NCBI GenBank assembly: GCA_965219575.1
Contig: OZ244779.1
Span: forward strand, 1,964,769-2,028,768
DNA length: 64,000 nucleotides
From: Candidatus Oxydemutatoraceae bacterium
Lineage (GTDB): Bacteria; Pseudomonadota; Gammaproteobacteria; Poriferisulfidales; Oxydemutatoraceae
Direction of reading: 5' to 3'
Below are positions 1 to 11,088 of the stretch, in pieces. The position numbers and the translations under genes were made by a program. Below the pieces are notes generated by a model. The model searched no databases. It was not told the origin of the DNA and worked only from the letters and a program-made list of their open reading frames with translations. The first letter of the stretch is position 1, and each line of letters begins with the position of its first letter.

Positions 1-155
1 GCGACGGTTTAGATAATCGCTGCAAAAAAGCAAGTCGTGCGATGTGGTCTTTATCCAATATGACATTCCCCCATGCACTGGTTCGGTTGATGTTGGTGGA
101 GCAACTCTACAGGGCGTGGACTATTCTTAAAGGTCATCCCTATCACCGTAGTTAG
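1..155 (+). CDS. rlmH: 23S rRNA (pseudouridine1915-N3)-methyltransferase, 3' end only
   Basis: Frame 3 reads [50 protein letters not shown], the characteristic RlmH C-terminus (SLSxxTFPH...EQLYRA...HPYHR). Not in the ORF track. Confidence 0.92.
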   Translation, partial: DGLDNRCKKASRAMWSLSNMTFPHALVRLMLVEQLYRAWTILKGHPYHRS

Positions 156-170
156 AGGTTGATGGGCATA

Positions 171-305
171 TTCCCCTCCTTCGGAGGGGTGGCCTATGCA
201 TTTTGCAATGCATGCGTTTAGCAGTTATGTTGAGGTTCTGAACAAAGTCACGCCGATTGACCTACTGGTTCAATCGGCGGTTCTATTCAGCCTGACAGGG
301 TAGTT
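171..305. repeat. Composite intergenic repeat: CCCCTCC/GGAGGGG module carrying a ~95-bp cassette with the CGCCGATTGA hairpin
   Basis: Near-identical to 16089-16220 and, inverted, to 39871-40003. Confidence 0.85.
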
Positions 306-470
306 ATCATAATTATATAGCTCATAGCAGCTGAGTTTTTGCAGTGCCGGTACTTTCTCAACAGCTCCACATTGCTACTTGAGGTTGTCATATACAGTAT
401 TTTACCAGTACACCAGGTTACCAATTATGCTACAATAAAGCTGTCAGTAGAAAACTCAGGAGAAATTAAA

Positions 471-749
471 ATGAACACACACCTGAATGCAGCTCACCGC
501 CAGCAGGAAGTGACAAACAACAACAATAATAGTTTTATTGATATATTGGCGGTGTTGCTAATCGGAGGTGTTGGCATTTTTATTGCCTTACTTGGCTTAT
601 ATTTTGATAATCTTCCATTCTTGATAGTAGGATATGTAATCGCAATCGCTTCTGCTTGGTCTGCTATATCTAAAGCTGGAAAGTCTACTATTGAGTTTAT
701 GAGGGAATATCGGAATTATAAAGCTGAGAAAAAGAACAAAGATCAATAG
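471..749 (+). CDS. Small hypothetical membrane protein (92 aa, two predicted TM helices)
   Basis: ATG at 471 follows an AGGAGA RBS. Two hydrophobic stretches and a basic C-terminus. Confidence 0.6.
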   Translation: MNTHLNAAHRQQEVTNNNNNSFIDILAVLLIGGVGIFIALLGLYFDNLPFLIVGYVIAIASAWSAISKAGKSTIEFMREYRNYKAEKKNKDQ

Positions 750-900
750 TGACGTTAACCCATTTGACTTTCCCCCATTTTTGAGATTACCCGCAAAGTT
801 GGTTTTCATGTTACTACTTTCGTAGATATACCAGTGATTGATACCCTGATACGATAGTTCACCAGGCAATGGTTATCGCACTGGCAGGCGAACATAGGTT

Positions 901-3900
901 TTATTGAAGAAGACCTTCTAAAAATACTTTGACATGTATCCTAATCGCTATATGGACACGCACCGAAACGGCCCCACTATCGCTTAACTTGCCGCTGTCG
1001 GTTGCGGTAAATGTAATCACCGCTTCTCCGCTTCGCTTGGCAGTTAGCATAAAGGTGATACTCGTATCGGTCGTTATATCGTCGGTTTCTGCAGATGTCG
1101 TCACCGATACAATCGTCTGACTCGACGACATCGCCTCCAATGTGACGATATCATCCAAATTGAAATTATCATCCATTACCGAGACAACGATATGCGCCGT
1201 ACTATTGACCGGTAGCGTTTGACCCAATGACGGTGTAATCATAATCGTCGGTGTAGTATTCGCTTCTACTTGTACTTCAAACTGTTCCGAAGCCGCAGAG
1301 TTTGTCGCACCTCTGCCGTCATTTACCGTCACCGTAATCATCGCCCTACCTGCGCCGACACCCCTAACTTCAAGCGTGCGGGTAGCACCATCGGTCGCAA
1401 TAATCGTTGTGGTTGCAATCATGCTATCGCTGGTATCAATTCTTACACTAAGACTATCGTCCACATCGGCATCGTTTATCGTTATATTCCGCGTAGTCTC
1501 TGTTCCTTCCAACAACCTGATGGGTTCTGTAGGGACACCGCTAAGCGTCGGTGTCGTGTTGACATCCATGGGAACATTGCTAATCATCAGTATCGCGTTG
1601 ACACGCACCGGTAGCTCTACACTATCGCTTAACTCTCCGCTGTCGGTTGCGGTGAATGTAATCGTCGCTTCTCCGCTTTGCTTGGCGGTTAGCGTGAAGG
1701 TGATACTCGTATCGGTGGTTATATTGTCGGTTTCCATTGATGTTGTCACCGATACGATCGTTCGGCTCGATGACTTCGCCATCAATGTGACACTATGACC
1801 TACATTAAAATTATCGTCCGCCACCGAGACAACGATATGAGCCGTACTATTGACCGGTAGCGTTTGAGGCAGTGACGGTGCAATCATAATCGTCGGGGCA
1901 GTATTCGTTTCCACTTGAAAGCTAATCATATAAATAGTGGTTTCGGTATCGGCTTCGGTGACCGTGATGACTAATGCAGTGTTTACATCTATAGGAATAA
2001 GCTCGCTTCGCCCATCGCTACTTTTTTCGTCAAAATAGTTGTTATCTTCACCTTGTCTAACTACTCTAATCGTCGCATCGGTATTATAGGCTTTCAATCG
2101 AAGGGTAATGTCGCTCGTCCTAGTAGCAAGAAAACTTATAACATAATGGGTGGTCGTAGCCCCGAAAATTGATGTCAATCTTGCACCGGATGTTAACACT
2201 TCTAAATCTCTTAAACCTACGCCTTGACCCGACAGCAGAATATCGCTATCTGCGGATTTGAGGATCGGGTATTGGCTACTCGTGCCAAAATCCCATACTT
2301 CAGTACCCCAGCCACTATATATTCCGGTTGCCGTTGTGGGTTCTTGTAGTGCCAGCGTTGTTTTACCATCGCCACCATCACTCGTCGTTCTCTCACTAGT
2401 CTGCTCATCCCAATAGCTTTCCATGATAGTGCCACCTTGATTATCACCGACTAAACCGCCTACATCACTACCATCCTCTGAAACAGAACTCGTTGCATAG
2501 CTGTTCGTGATAGTGCCGTCCCGATTCTCACCGACTAAACCGCCTACATCACTACCATCCCCTGAAACAGAACCCGTCGCATAGCTGTTCGTGATAGTGC
2601 CATTTCGATTCTCACCGACTAAACCACCTACATTACTATTTCCCGAAACAGAACCCGCCACATAGCTATTCGTGATATTGGCAGCATTAGAACCGACTAA
2701 ACCGCCTACATTACTATTTCCTGAAACAGAACCCGCCACATAGCTATTCGTGATATTGGCAGCATTAGAACCGACCAAACCGCCTACACCAAAACTCCCG
2801 ATAATGTTCACATTCAGTAAACCAACATTAGTAATTTCAGCACCACCTCCCGTATAACCAAACAAACCTATTTCATTCGTACCATTTCTGCCGATTGTAA
2901 GATTAGAAATCATAAAATCATTGCCTTCAAACTTGCCGGTGAAAGCATTAAAGAAAGAATCCCCAACCGGCTGCCAACCCTCTCCCATAGTCCATGTAAT
3001 CTTGTGGGCTATTGAACTATAGCTATCGGTGTCGTTAAAGTTTAAATCTCTGGTCAATTCATAACCTTCGCATATGTTATTAGGGCAACCTATCACAATC
3101 TTGAGTGCCGTCTCGCTCTCTCTATAGCCCGTCCCGTCCGGTTGATAACGCATCGCATTCAGCTCCTCTAAATTATCAATCTCTATCAAACCGTCATCAT
3201 CCCTATCGACATCTCCGTTAAACTCATAATAATTGAGGTAAAGCGTATAGGTCTGAGTTGTTTGACCTCTGTTCTTAACTTCAATTGTGATTGTAGTTAT
3301 TCCGTTCGTGTTTAACGAGATCATACCGCTCTCATCACCACTGTTTATAGCCATACCTCTAGTTTCTTCATTTGCCGTGATATAAACCTCGGCGTCGGGA
3401 TTTACCGTTATCGGTCTAAACTGTATTGTGCTGGCACTACTAACCGCCGTCCCTCTGTAGCTCGGCACGACCACATCGAAATCAGGCGATAAATCGCCTT
3501 CCACTAATTGCAATTCACTCAAACCATATCTCAATGGAGGCGACAACAAACTACCACAGACAGGTAAATCTGTTGTGGTATCGCTCTCACTACGACATTC
3601 GCTACTATCGGTGTTAGGATTGTCGGTATATTTAAGGATTGGATATTGGCTACTCGTGCCAAAATCCCATACTTTATCACTCCAGTTTATATATATCCCG
3701 CCTGCCATTGTGGGTTCTTGTAGTGCTAGCGTTGTTCTACCCCTGCCATCATCACTCGTCGTTCTCCCGCTAGTCGACCTATCCCAATAGCTGTCCGTGA
3801 TAGTGCCACCCCGATTCTCACCGACTAAACCGCCGACATTACTATTTCCTGAAACAGAACCCGCCGCATAGCTGTTTGTGACAGTGCCACCCCGATTCTC

Positions 3901-6144
3901 ACCGACTAAACCGCCGACATCACTACCATCTCCCGAAGCAGAACCCGCCGCATAGCTGTTCGTAATAGTGCCTTCATTCTCACCGACTAAACCGCCTACC
4001 CAAAAATTTCCTGAAACAGAACCCACCGCATAGCTGCTCGCAATATCGGCATCATTAGAACCGACTAAACCGCCTACACTGCTACTCCCTGAAACAGAAC
4101 CCGCCGCATAGCTGTTCGTGATAGTGCCCTCATTCTCACCGACTAAACCGCCGACATCGGAATTTCCGATAATGTTTATATTTAGTAAACCAACATTAGT
4201 AATTTCAGCACCACTTCTCGTGAAACCAAACAAGCCTATCCGACTCGTGCCACTTCTGTCAATCCTAAGATTAGAAATCGTAAAACCGTTGCCTTCAAAC
4301 TTGCCGGTGAAAGCATTAGAAGAATCTCCAACCGGCTGCCAGCCTACTCCCGTAGTCCATATAATCCTGTTGGCTGTTGAACTATAGCTATCATCGTCGT
4401 TAAAGTCCAAATCTCTTGTCAATTCATAGCCTCTGCATCCGTCATTAGGACAACCTGTTGCAACATTAGGTGCCGTCGCACTCTCACTATAGCTCGTCCC
4501 GTCCGGTTGATAACGCATCGCATTCAACGCCTCTAAATTATCAATCTCTATCAAACCGTCATTATCCCTGTCGACATCTACGCTGAGCCCATGATAATTA
4601 AGATAGAGAGTATAAATAAAAGTCTGCGCTGTTTCACCACCATTCTCAACTTCAATTGTGATTGTAGTTATCCCGTCGGTGTTTAGCGAAATCATACCAC
4701 TCTCATCACCACTATTTATCGCCATACCCCTTGTCTGCTCGTTAGCCGTAATATAAACCTCGGCATCGGGATTTACCGTTATCGGTCTGAACTGTATTGT
4801 GTTTGCATTACTAACTACCGTCCCCCTGTAGCTCGGCACTACCACATTAAAATCAGGCGACAAGTCGCCTTCCACTAACTGCAATTTACTCAAACCATAT
4901 CTCAGTGCAGGCGACAATAAACTACCACAGACAGGTAAATGTGTTATCGGCTCTCCTTCGCGACGACAAGCACGATTATTCGTATCGGAACCACGCGCAT
5001 ATTTGAGCACCGGGTATTGTGTATCGGTACCGAAATTCCAATTCGCATTACTCCATCTGTAATAGGGCCTATCGGGGTGTGCACTTTGTGCGCTCCCTGC
5101 TATCAATTCCACCATGGTTTTACTCGTGCCACCGGCACTTACCGTTATTTCACTGGTATTTACATCCCAATAGCTGTCCGTGATAGTGCTATAGCGGCGA
5201 TTGATAAAACCGACTAAACCGCCTACATTACTACCACCTCTTGAAATAAAACCCGTCGCATAGCTGTTCGTGATAGTGCCGGGATTCCTACCAAATAAAC
5301 CACTATTACTGCCAACTAAACCGCCTACATCGCCACTCCCTGAAACAGAACCCGTCGCATAGCTGTTTGTGATAGTGCCACTGAAATTCCAACCGGCTAA
5401 ACCGCCTAAATCGCTATTTCCTGAAACAGAACCCGTCGCATAGCTGTTCATGATAATGCCGGAGTTATTCTCACCGACTAAACCGCCTAAATCGCTATTT
5501 CCTGAAACAGAACCCGTCGCATAGCTGTTCATGATAGTGCCGGAGTTATTCTCACCGACCAAAGCTCCTACATTACTGTTTCCTGAAACAGAACCCGTCG
5601 CATAGCTGTTCGTGATAGTGCCGGAGTTGTTCTCACCGACTAAAGCTCCTACAAAAGAACGCCCGATAATGTTCACATTTAATAAACCGGTATTAGTGAT
5701 TTCAGCATCACTTCCCGTGTAGCCAAACAAGCCTATCCGAGTCGCGTCACCTCTGTCAATCGTAAGATTAGAAATCGTAAAACCGTTGCCTTCAAACTTG
5801 CCGATGAAAGCATCGGAAGGAGCTCCTATCGGCTGCCACCCTGCTCCCGTAGTCCATATAATCTTGTTGGCTGTTGAACTATAACTGTCATCGTCGTTAA
5901 AGTCTAAGTCTTTCATCAATTCATAGCCTATGCATACGTTATTAGGACAACTCTCGGTGCTTCCCGTCGCCGCCTCGGCGGTTGCCTTATAACTCGTGCC
6001 GTCCGGTTGATGACGAATTGCATTTAAGGTTTCCAAATCGTTGATATCTATCAGCCCGTTGCCATCGGTGTCTACGGCAGTGTTAGTTTGAGCAGCTATA
6101 TTCGTGCTGAGTAGTACAGGTACGATAATCCAGAGGGTCCTCAT
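901..6144 (-). CDS. Large secreted GLUG-repeat protein (three GLUG modules, cadherin/Ig-like domains, C-terminal VFLEG tail)
   Basis: Signal peptide MRTLW...NIAA|Q, many VGGLVG-x-N...ITNSYATGSV repeats, DxDxDGLIEI motifs, duplicated Ig-like units, ends IRIHVKVFLEGLLQ. Confidence 0.85.
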   Translation of the reverse strand: MRTLWIIVPVLLSTNIAAQTNTAVDTDGNGLIDINDLETLNAIRHQPDGTSYKATAEAATGSTESCPNNVCIGYELMKDLDFNDDDSYSSTANKIIWTTGAGWQPIGAPSDAFIGKFEGNGFTISNLTIDRGDATRIGLFGYTGSDAEITNTGLLNVNIIGRSFVGALVGENNSGTITNSYATGSVSGNSNVGALVGENNSGTIMNSYATGSVSGNSDLGGLVGENNSGIIMNSYATGSVSGNSDLGGLAGWNFSGTITNSYATGSVSGSGDVGGLVGSNSGLFGRNPGTITNSYATGFISRGGSNVGGLVGFINRRYSTITDSYWDVNTSEITVSAGGTSKTMVELIAGSAQSAHPDRPYYRWSNANWNFGTDTQYPVLKYARGSDTNNRACRREGEPITHLPVCGSLLSPALRYGLSKLQLVEGDLSPDFNVVVPSYRGTVVSNANTIQFRPITVNPDAEVYITANEQTRGMAINSGDESGMISLNTDGITTITIEVENGGETAQTFIYTLYLNYHGLSVDVDRDNDGLIEIDNLEALNAMRYQPDGTSYSESATAPNVATGCPNDGCRGYELTRDLDFNDDDSYSSTANRIIWTTGVGWQPVGDSSNAFTGKFEGNGFTISNLRIDRSGTSRIGLFGFTRSGAEITNVGLLNINIIGNSDVGGLVGENEGTITNSYAAGSVSGSSSVGGLVGSNDADIASSYAVGSVSGNFWVGGLVGENEGTITNSYAAGSASGDGSDVGGLVGENRGGTVTNSYAAGSVSGNSNVGGLVGENRGGTITDSYWDRSTSGRTTSDDGRGRTTLALQEPTMAGGIYINWSDKVWDFGTSSQYPILKYTDNPNTDSSECRSESDTTTDLPVCGSLLSPPLRYGLSELQLVEGDLSPDFDVVVPSYRGTAVSSASTIQFRPITVNPDAEVYITANEETRGMAINSGDESGMISLNTNGITTITIEVKNRGQTTQTYTLYLNYYEFNGDVDRDDDGLIEIDNLEELNAMRYQPDGTGYRESETALKIVIGCPNNICEGYELTRDLNFNDTDSYSSIAHKITWTMGEGWQPVGDSFFNAFTGKFEGNDFMISNLTIGRNGTNEIGLFGYTGGGAEITNVGLLNVNIIGSFGVGGLVGSNAANITNSYVAGSVSGNSNVGGLVGSNAANITNSYVAGSVSGNSNVGGLVGENRNGTITNSYATGSVSGDGSDVGGLVGENRDGTITNSYATSSVSEDGSDVGGLVGDNQGGTIMESYWDEQTSERTTSDGGDGKTTLALQEPTTATGIYSGWGTEVWDFGTSSQYPILKSADSDILLSGQGVGLRDLEVLTSGARLTSIFGATTTHYVISFLATRTSDITLRLKAYNTDATIRVVRQGEDNNYFDEKSSDGRSELIPIDVNTALVITVTEADTETTIYMISFQVETNTAPTIMIAPSLPQTLPVNSTAHIVVSVADDNFNVGHSVTLMAKSSSRTIVSVTTSMETDNITTDTSITFTLTAKQSGEATITFTATDSGELSDSVELPVRVNAILMISNVPMDVNTTPTLSGVPTEPIRLLEGTETTRNITINDADVDDSLSVRIDTSDSMIATTTIIATDGATRTLEVRGVGAGRAMITVTVNDGRGATNSAASEQFEVQVEANTTPTIMITPSLGQTLPVNSTAHIVVSVMDDNFNLDDIVTLEAMSSSQTIVSVTTSAETDDITTDTSITFMLTAKRSGEAVITFTATDSGKLSDSGAVSVRVHIAIRIHVKVFLEGLLQ

Positions 6145-6226
6145 TTGTTTAATAAATCATTACAATTTTCTTTATTTTTTGATAATAACAATATTTGCAA
6201 TAATTATCAACTTGTGAACACAAGAT

Positions 6227-6543
6227 GGGGCTGTTGAAAAATAGAACTGCCGATTGAGCCGGTAGGTCAATCGGCGTGACATTGTGCAAGACCCCAGCAA
6301 CCACCCCGTCAGGCTGCGCCTGCCACCCCTCCAAAGGAGGGGGAATGTACCACACTGTACCTCGTACAAATATGATGGGACTGTTGAAAAAGTATCGTCA
6401 GCGTACAACCGTAATCGCTTGCGCCGTGAATTTATAATAACCACCAAGCCGTAGGGGCAGAACAGAGCCGCCGATTAAGCCGGTAGGTCAATCGGCAATT
6501 ATGATGTCCGCCCCTACGGTTCATGGATATTTTTTCAACGGCC
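6227..6543. repeat. Composite intergenic repeat (GGCTGTTGAAAAA ends, hairpin, CCCCTCC and GTAGGGGC modules)
   Basis: Modules recur at many intergenic sites in the window. Confidence 0.85.
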
Positions 6544-6551
6544 AAACATCA

Positions 6552-9500
6552 TTAGTTTTTATGCTCCGGCATGAAACCTTCCAAGAATACTCTGACATTT
6601 ATTCTGATAGACACCGGCATTCTACCTTGGTTGAGTATCACCGTACCGTCGCTATATTTAAGCGCAGGATACTGCTTGGTGGTGCCGAAATCCCATACTT
6701 CGTCACTCCAGCCTCTATATATGCCGGTCGCCCTTGTGAGTTCTTGTAGTGCCCGCGTTGTTTTACCCTCACCACCGGCACTTGCCTGTATTCCACTGGT
6801 ATTTACATCCCAATAGCTGTTCATGATATAACCATTATTAATACCGATTAAGCCGCCTACATTGTAATCCCCTGAAACAGAACCCATAGCATAGCTGTTC
6901 GTGATAATGCTGAATATATTAGTTCCGACCAAACCGCCTACATTTCTATCTCCCGAGACAGAGGCCACGGCATAGCTGTTGGTGATAGCACCATCCCGAT
7001 TAATGCCGACTAAACCACCTACATTGTAATCTCCCGAGACAGAACTTATAGAATAACTGTTAGTGATTGTACCTTCATTCCAACCGACTAAACCGCCTAC
7101 CCGAACAACTCCTGAAACAGAACCTGTCGCATAGCTTTGCGTGATAGTACCACCTCGATTAAGACCGACTAAACCGCCTACCTCAAGATCCCCGATAATG
7201 TCTACATTTAGTAGACCAACATTAGTAATTTTAGCCTCGCTGCCCGTGTAACCGAACAAGCCTATTTGACGCATAGTGCCTCTGGTAATCATAAGATTAG
7301 AAATCGTAAAACCGTTGCCTTCGAACACGCCCCTGAAGGCATTAGAGAAAGAGTCCCCAATCGGCTGCCAACCCGCCCCCTTAGTCCATGTAATCCTATT
7401 GGCTGTTGAACTATAGCTTTCATCGTCGTTAAAGTCTAAATCTCTCGTCAATTCATAGCCTCTGCATACGCTATTAGGACAACCTACCGAGACCTTAAGT
7501 GTCGTCTCACTCTCTCTATAACCCGTCCCGTCCGGTTGATAATGCATCGCATTCAGTCCTTCTAAATTATCAATCTCTATCAAACCGTCATCGTCCCTAT
7601 CAACATCTCCGTTAAACTCATAATAATCAATGGAGAGCGTATACATAAAAGTCTGCGTTGTTTCACCCCCATTCTCAACATCAATAGTGATTGTAGTTAT
7701 CCCGTCGGTGTTTAACGAAATAATACCACTCTCATCACCACTCTCTATCGCTACACCTCTTGTCTCCTCGTTAGCCATAATATAAACCTTGGCATCGGGA
7801 TTTACCGTTATCGGTCTGAACTGTATTGTGCTTGCACTACTAACGACCGTCCCTCTGTAGCTCGGCACGCCCACATCAAAATCAGGCGATAAATCGCCTT
7901 CCACTAGCTGCAATTCCTTCAAGCCATCTCCGGGTGACAACAAACTGCCACAGACAGGTATATTTGTTGTGGTATCGTCGATACTTGTCGTACGACATTC
8001 GCTACTATCCTCATTAGAATTATCCGTATATTTAAGGATTGGATATTGGCTATCAGTACCGAAATACCAATTCGTAGTACTCCATCGGTAATAGGATTTG
8101 TCGGGGTCTGTGTCTTGTGCGGTCTCTGCTTTCAATTCCACCGTGGTTTTACCCGTGCCACCGGCACTTGTCCGTATTCCGCTGGTATTTACATCCCAAT
8201 AGCTGTTCGTAATAGTGCTATCCCGATTAAAACCGACTAAACCACCTATATTACTACCGCCTTCCGAGACGAAACCCGTCGCATAACTATTCGTGATAGA
8301 TCCCCTATTATTAAAACCGACTAAACCGCCTATCCGAACAACTCCTGAAACAGAACCCGTCGCATAACTGTTCATGATCGTGCCCTCATTCCAACCGACT
8401 AAACCGCCTATCCGAACAACTCCTGAAGCAGAATCCGTTGCATAGCTGTTGGTGATAGAACCTCTATTATTAAAACCGACTAAACCGCCTACCTGAACAC
8501 CCCCTAAAACAGAACCTGTCGCATAGCTGTTCGTGATCGTACCTTCATTCCAACCAACTAAACCGCCTACATCAAAATCCCCGACAATGTCTACATTTAA
8601 CAAAACAACACCAGCGATTTGAGCACCACTACTCGTATGGCCAAACAGACCTACTTCACCCGTGCCACTCCTGTCAATCGTAAGATTAGAAATCGTAAAA
8701 CCATTGCCGCTAAACTGACTGCTGAAAGCATTAGAAGAGTCCCCAATCGGCTGCCAGCCTGCTCCCGTAGTCCATGTAATCCTGTTAGTTACAAGGTCAT
8801 AACTGTCAGGGTCGTTAAAATCTAAATCTTTGGTCAATTCATAGCCTCTGCATACATTGTTAGGACAACCTACTGAAATCTTAAGTGCCGTCTCGCTCTC
8901 TCTATAGCCCGTCCCGTCCGGCTGATAACGCACCGCATTCAATCCCTCTAAACTATCAACCTCTATCAAGCCGTCATCGTCCCTATCAACATCTCCGTTA
9001 AACTCATAATAATTAAGGTAGAGCGTATAAGTAATAGTCTGTGTTGTTTCGCCCCCATTCTCAACATCAATGATGATTGTGGTTATCCCGCCGGTGTTTA
9101 ACGAAATAATGCTACTTTCATCACCACTCTCTATCGCCATACCTCTCTCCCCGTTAGCCGTAATATAAACCTTGGCATCAGGATTTACCGTTATCGGTCT
9201 GAACTGTATTGTGCTGCTGATACTATTAACTGCCATCCCTTTGTAGTTCGGCACTACCACATCAAAATCAGGCGACAAGTCACCTTCCACTAATTGCAAT
9301 TCACTCAAACCATATCTCAGTGTAGGTGACAACAAACTACCACAGACGGGTAAATCCGTTGTGGTATCATCTGAACCACGGCACTCACTATCAACTGTTT
9401 CAGGATTATCGGTATACTTAAGGATCGGGTATTGGCTGCCGGTGCCGAAGTACCAATTCGTAGCACTCCATTGGTAATAGGGTTTGTCAGGGTCCGTGTG

Positions 9501-10529
9501 TTGTGCGCTCTCTGCTTTCAATTCCAGCGTGGTTTTACCCCTGCCATCGGCACCTCCTACTATTCCACTGGTATTTATATCCCAATAGCTATTTGTGACG
9601 ATGCCATTGCGATTATCACCGACCAAACCACCTACATTTCTATCTCCCGAGACAGCACCCGTCGCATAGCTGTTCGTGATCGTACTTCTATTACGACCGA
9701 CCAAACCGCCCACATGTCTATCTCCCGAAACAGCACCCGTCGCATAGCTGTTCGTGATGATGCCATTTAAATTATAACCGACTAAACCGCCTGTCCAGAC
9801 AACTCCTGAAACAGAACCCGCCGCATAGCTGTTCGTGATAGTACCTACATTACGACCGACTAAACCGCCTACATTCCTATTTGCTGAAACAGAACCCGCC
9901 GCATAGCTATTCGTGATGATGCCATTCAAATTATAACCGACTAAACCGCCTACATATCTATCTCCCGAAACAGAACCCGTCGCATAACTGTTCGTGATAG
10001 TACCCCTATTGTTAAAACCGACTAAACCGCCTACTTCAAAATCCCCGATAATATCTACACCTAGTAGATCAACATTGGTAATTTTAGCCTCACTGCCCGT
10101 GTAGCCGAACAAGCCTATTCCAGACATGCCACCTCTGGCAATCGTAAGATTATAAATCGTAAAGCCGTTGCCCTTAAACTCGCCCCTGAAAGCATTAGCG
10201 AAAGAGTCCCCAATCGGCTGCCAACCCGCTCCCGTAGTCCATATAATCTTGTTGGTTGTTGAACTATAGCTGTCATCGTCGTTAAAGTCTAAATCTCTGG
10301 TCAATTCATAGCCCATACATCTGTTGTCGGGACAACCCGCAGTGCTTCCCGTCGTCACCTCGGCAGTTGCCTTATAACTCGTGCCGTCCATTTGATAACG
10401 AATTGCATTTAAGGTTTCCAAATCGTTGATTTCTATCAGCCCGTTGCCATCGGTGTCTACAACGTTGTTGGTTTGAGCGACTATATTCGTACTGAATAGT
10501 ATAAATAGGATAATCGAGAGGGATTTCAT
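6552..10529 (-). CDS. Large secreted GLUG-repeat protein, paralog of 901..6144, with C-terminal VFLEG tail
   Basis: Signal peptide ...NIVA|Q, three GLUG modules, ends SIRINVRVFLEGFMPEHKN. Confidence 0.85.
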   Translation of the reverse strand: MKSLSIILFILFSTNIVAQTNNVVDTDGNGLIEINDLETLNAIRYQMDGTSYKATAEVTTGSTAGCPDNRCMGYELTRDLDFNDDDSYSSTTNKIIWTTGAGWQPIGDSFANAFRGEFKGNGFTIYNLTIARGGMSGIGLFGYTGSEAKITNVDLLGVDIIGDFEVGGLVGFNNRGTITNSYATGSVSGDRYVGGLVGYNLNGIITNSYAAGSVSANRNVGGLVGRNVGTITNSYAAGSVSGVVWTGGLVGYNLNGIITNSYATGAVSGDRHVGGLVGRNRSTITNSYATGAVSGDRNVGGLVGDNRNGIVTNSYWDINTSGIVGGADGRGKTTLELKAESAQHTDPDKPYYQWSATNWYFGTGSQYPILKYTDNPETVDSECRGSDDTTTDLPVCGSLLSPTLRYGLSELQLVEGDLSPDFDVVVPNYKGMAVNSISSTIQFRPITVNPDAKVYITANGERGMAIESGDESSIISLNTGGITTIIIDVENGGETTQTITYTLYLNYYEFNGDVDRDDDGLIEVDSLEGLNAVRYQPDGTGYRESETALKISVGCPNNVCRGYELTKDLDFNDPDSYDLVTNRITWTTGAGWQPIGDSSNAFSSQFSGNGFTISNLTIDRSGTGEVGLFGHTSSGAQIAGVVLLNVDIVGDFDVGGLVGWNEGTITNSYATGSVLGGVQVGGLVGFNNRGSITNSYATDSASGVVRIGGLVGWNEGTIMNSYATGSVSGVVRIGGLVGFNNRGSITNSYATGFVSEGGSNIGGLVGFNRDSTITNSYWDVNTSGIRTSAGGTGKTTVELKAETAQDTDPDKSYYRWSTTNWYFGTDSQYPILKYTDNSNEDSSECRTTSIDDTTTNIPVCGSLLSPGDGLKELQLVEGDLSPDFDVGVPSYRGTVVSSASTIQFRPITVNPDAKVYIMANEETRGVAIESGDESGIISLNTDGITTITIDVENGGETTQTFMYTLSIDYYEFNGDVDRDDDGLIEIDNLEGLNAMHYQPDGTGYRESETTLKVSVGCPNSVCRGYELTRDLDFNDDESYSSTANRITWTKGAGWQPIGDSFSNAFRGVFEGNGFTISNLMITRGTMRQIGLFGYTGSEAKITNVGLLNVDIIGDLEVGGLVGLNRGGTITQSYATGSVSGVVRVGGLVGWNEGTITNSYSISSVSGDYNVGGLVGINRDGAITNSYAVASVSGDRNVGGLVGTNIFSIITNSYAMGSVSGDYNVGGLIGINNGYIMNSYWDVNTSGIQASAGGEGKTTRALQELTRATGIYRGWSDEVWDFGTTKQYPALKYSDGTVILNQGRMPVSIRINVRVFLEGFMPEHKN

Positions 10530-10897
10530 TTGTTTAATAAATCATTATAATTTACTTAATTTTTGCGTATGATAATAGTATTTGCAATAATAATTTACCT
10601 GTAAGGAAAAATTTATAATGCCGGGCTTTGAAAAGCCGTTTTATTCTTGGAAGCTACACCGAAATCTGATGCAGCGAAAACGAAAACCTGAAGAAACAGC
10701 TAGCCTCTCTAGGTTTTAGTTTGCCTCAATTAGGAGGGTTTGTATCCGCATTATATACCACTATAGAACCTTTTTGTTAATTTTTTTTACAAAGCTCGAG
10801 TCTAATATCAATATGCCTTAATAGGTGATTTTTGGGAATGATTGCCTGATAATCTATTTAGACAAAAAGTTCAGGCTAAAACTGACATTTCAGGTGA

Positions 10898-11010
10898 TCC
10901 TAAAAATGGGGTAACGTCAGACTGTTGAAAAGAAAATCGCCGATTAAACTAGTAGGTCAGTTGGCGTAACTTTGGGCAAGACCACGATGCAAACTACGAA
11001 CCGTAGGGGA
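10898..11010. repeat. Degenerate composite repeat, including the 22-mer TCCTAAAAATGGGGTAACGTCA
   Basis: The 22-mer is identical at 16221-16242 and is followed by CTGTTGAAAA and a degenerate hairpin. Confidence 0.7.
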
Positions 11011-11088
11011 ATACCACTTACACATACGGATTTTAGCAATTCCGCATATAATAGGCTTATAGCCGAAGTTTCCCCCGAATTGAGTAGT

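Noticed and set aside
901-10529. Diversity-generating retroelement acting on the GLUG paralogs
   Set aside because: There is no reverse transcriptase, and no non-coding template repeat or adenine-specific mismatch pattern is evident.
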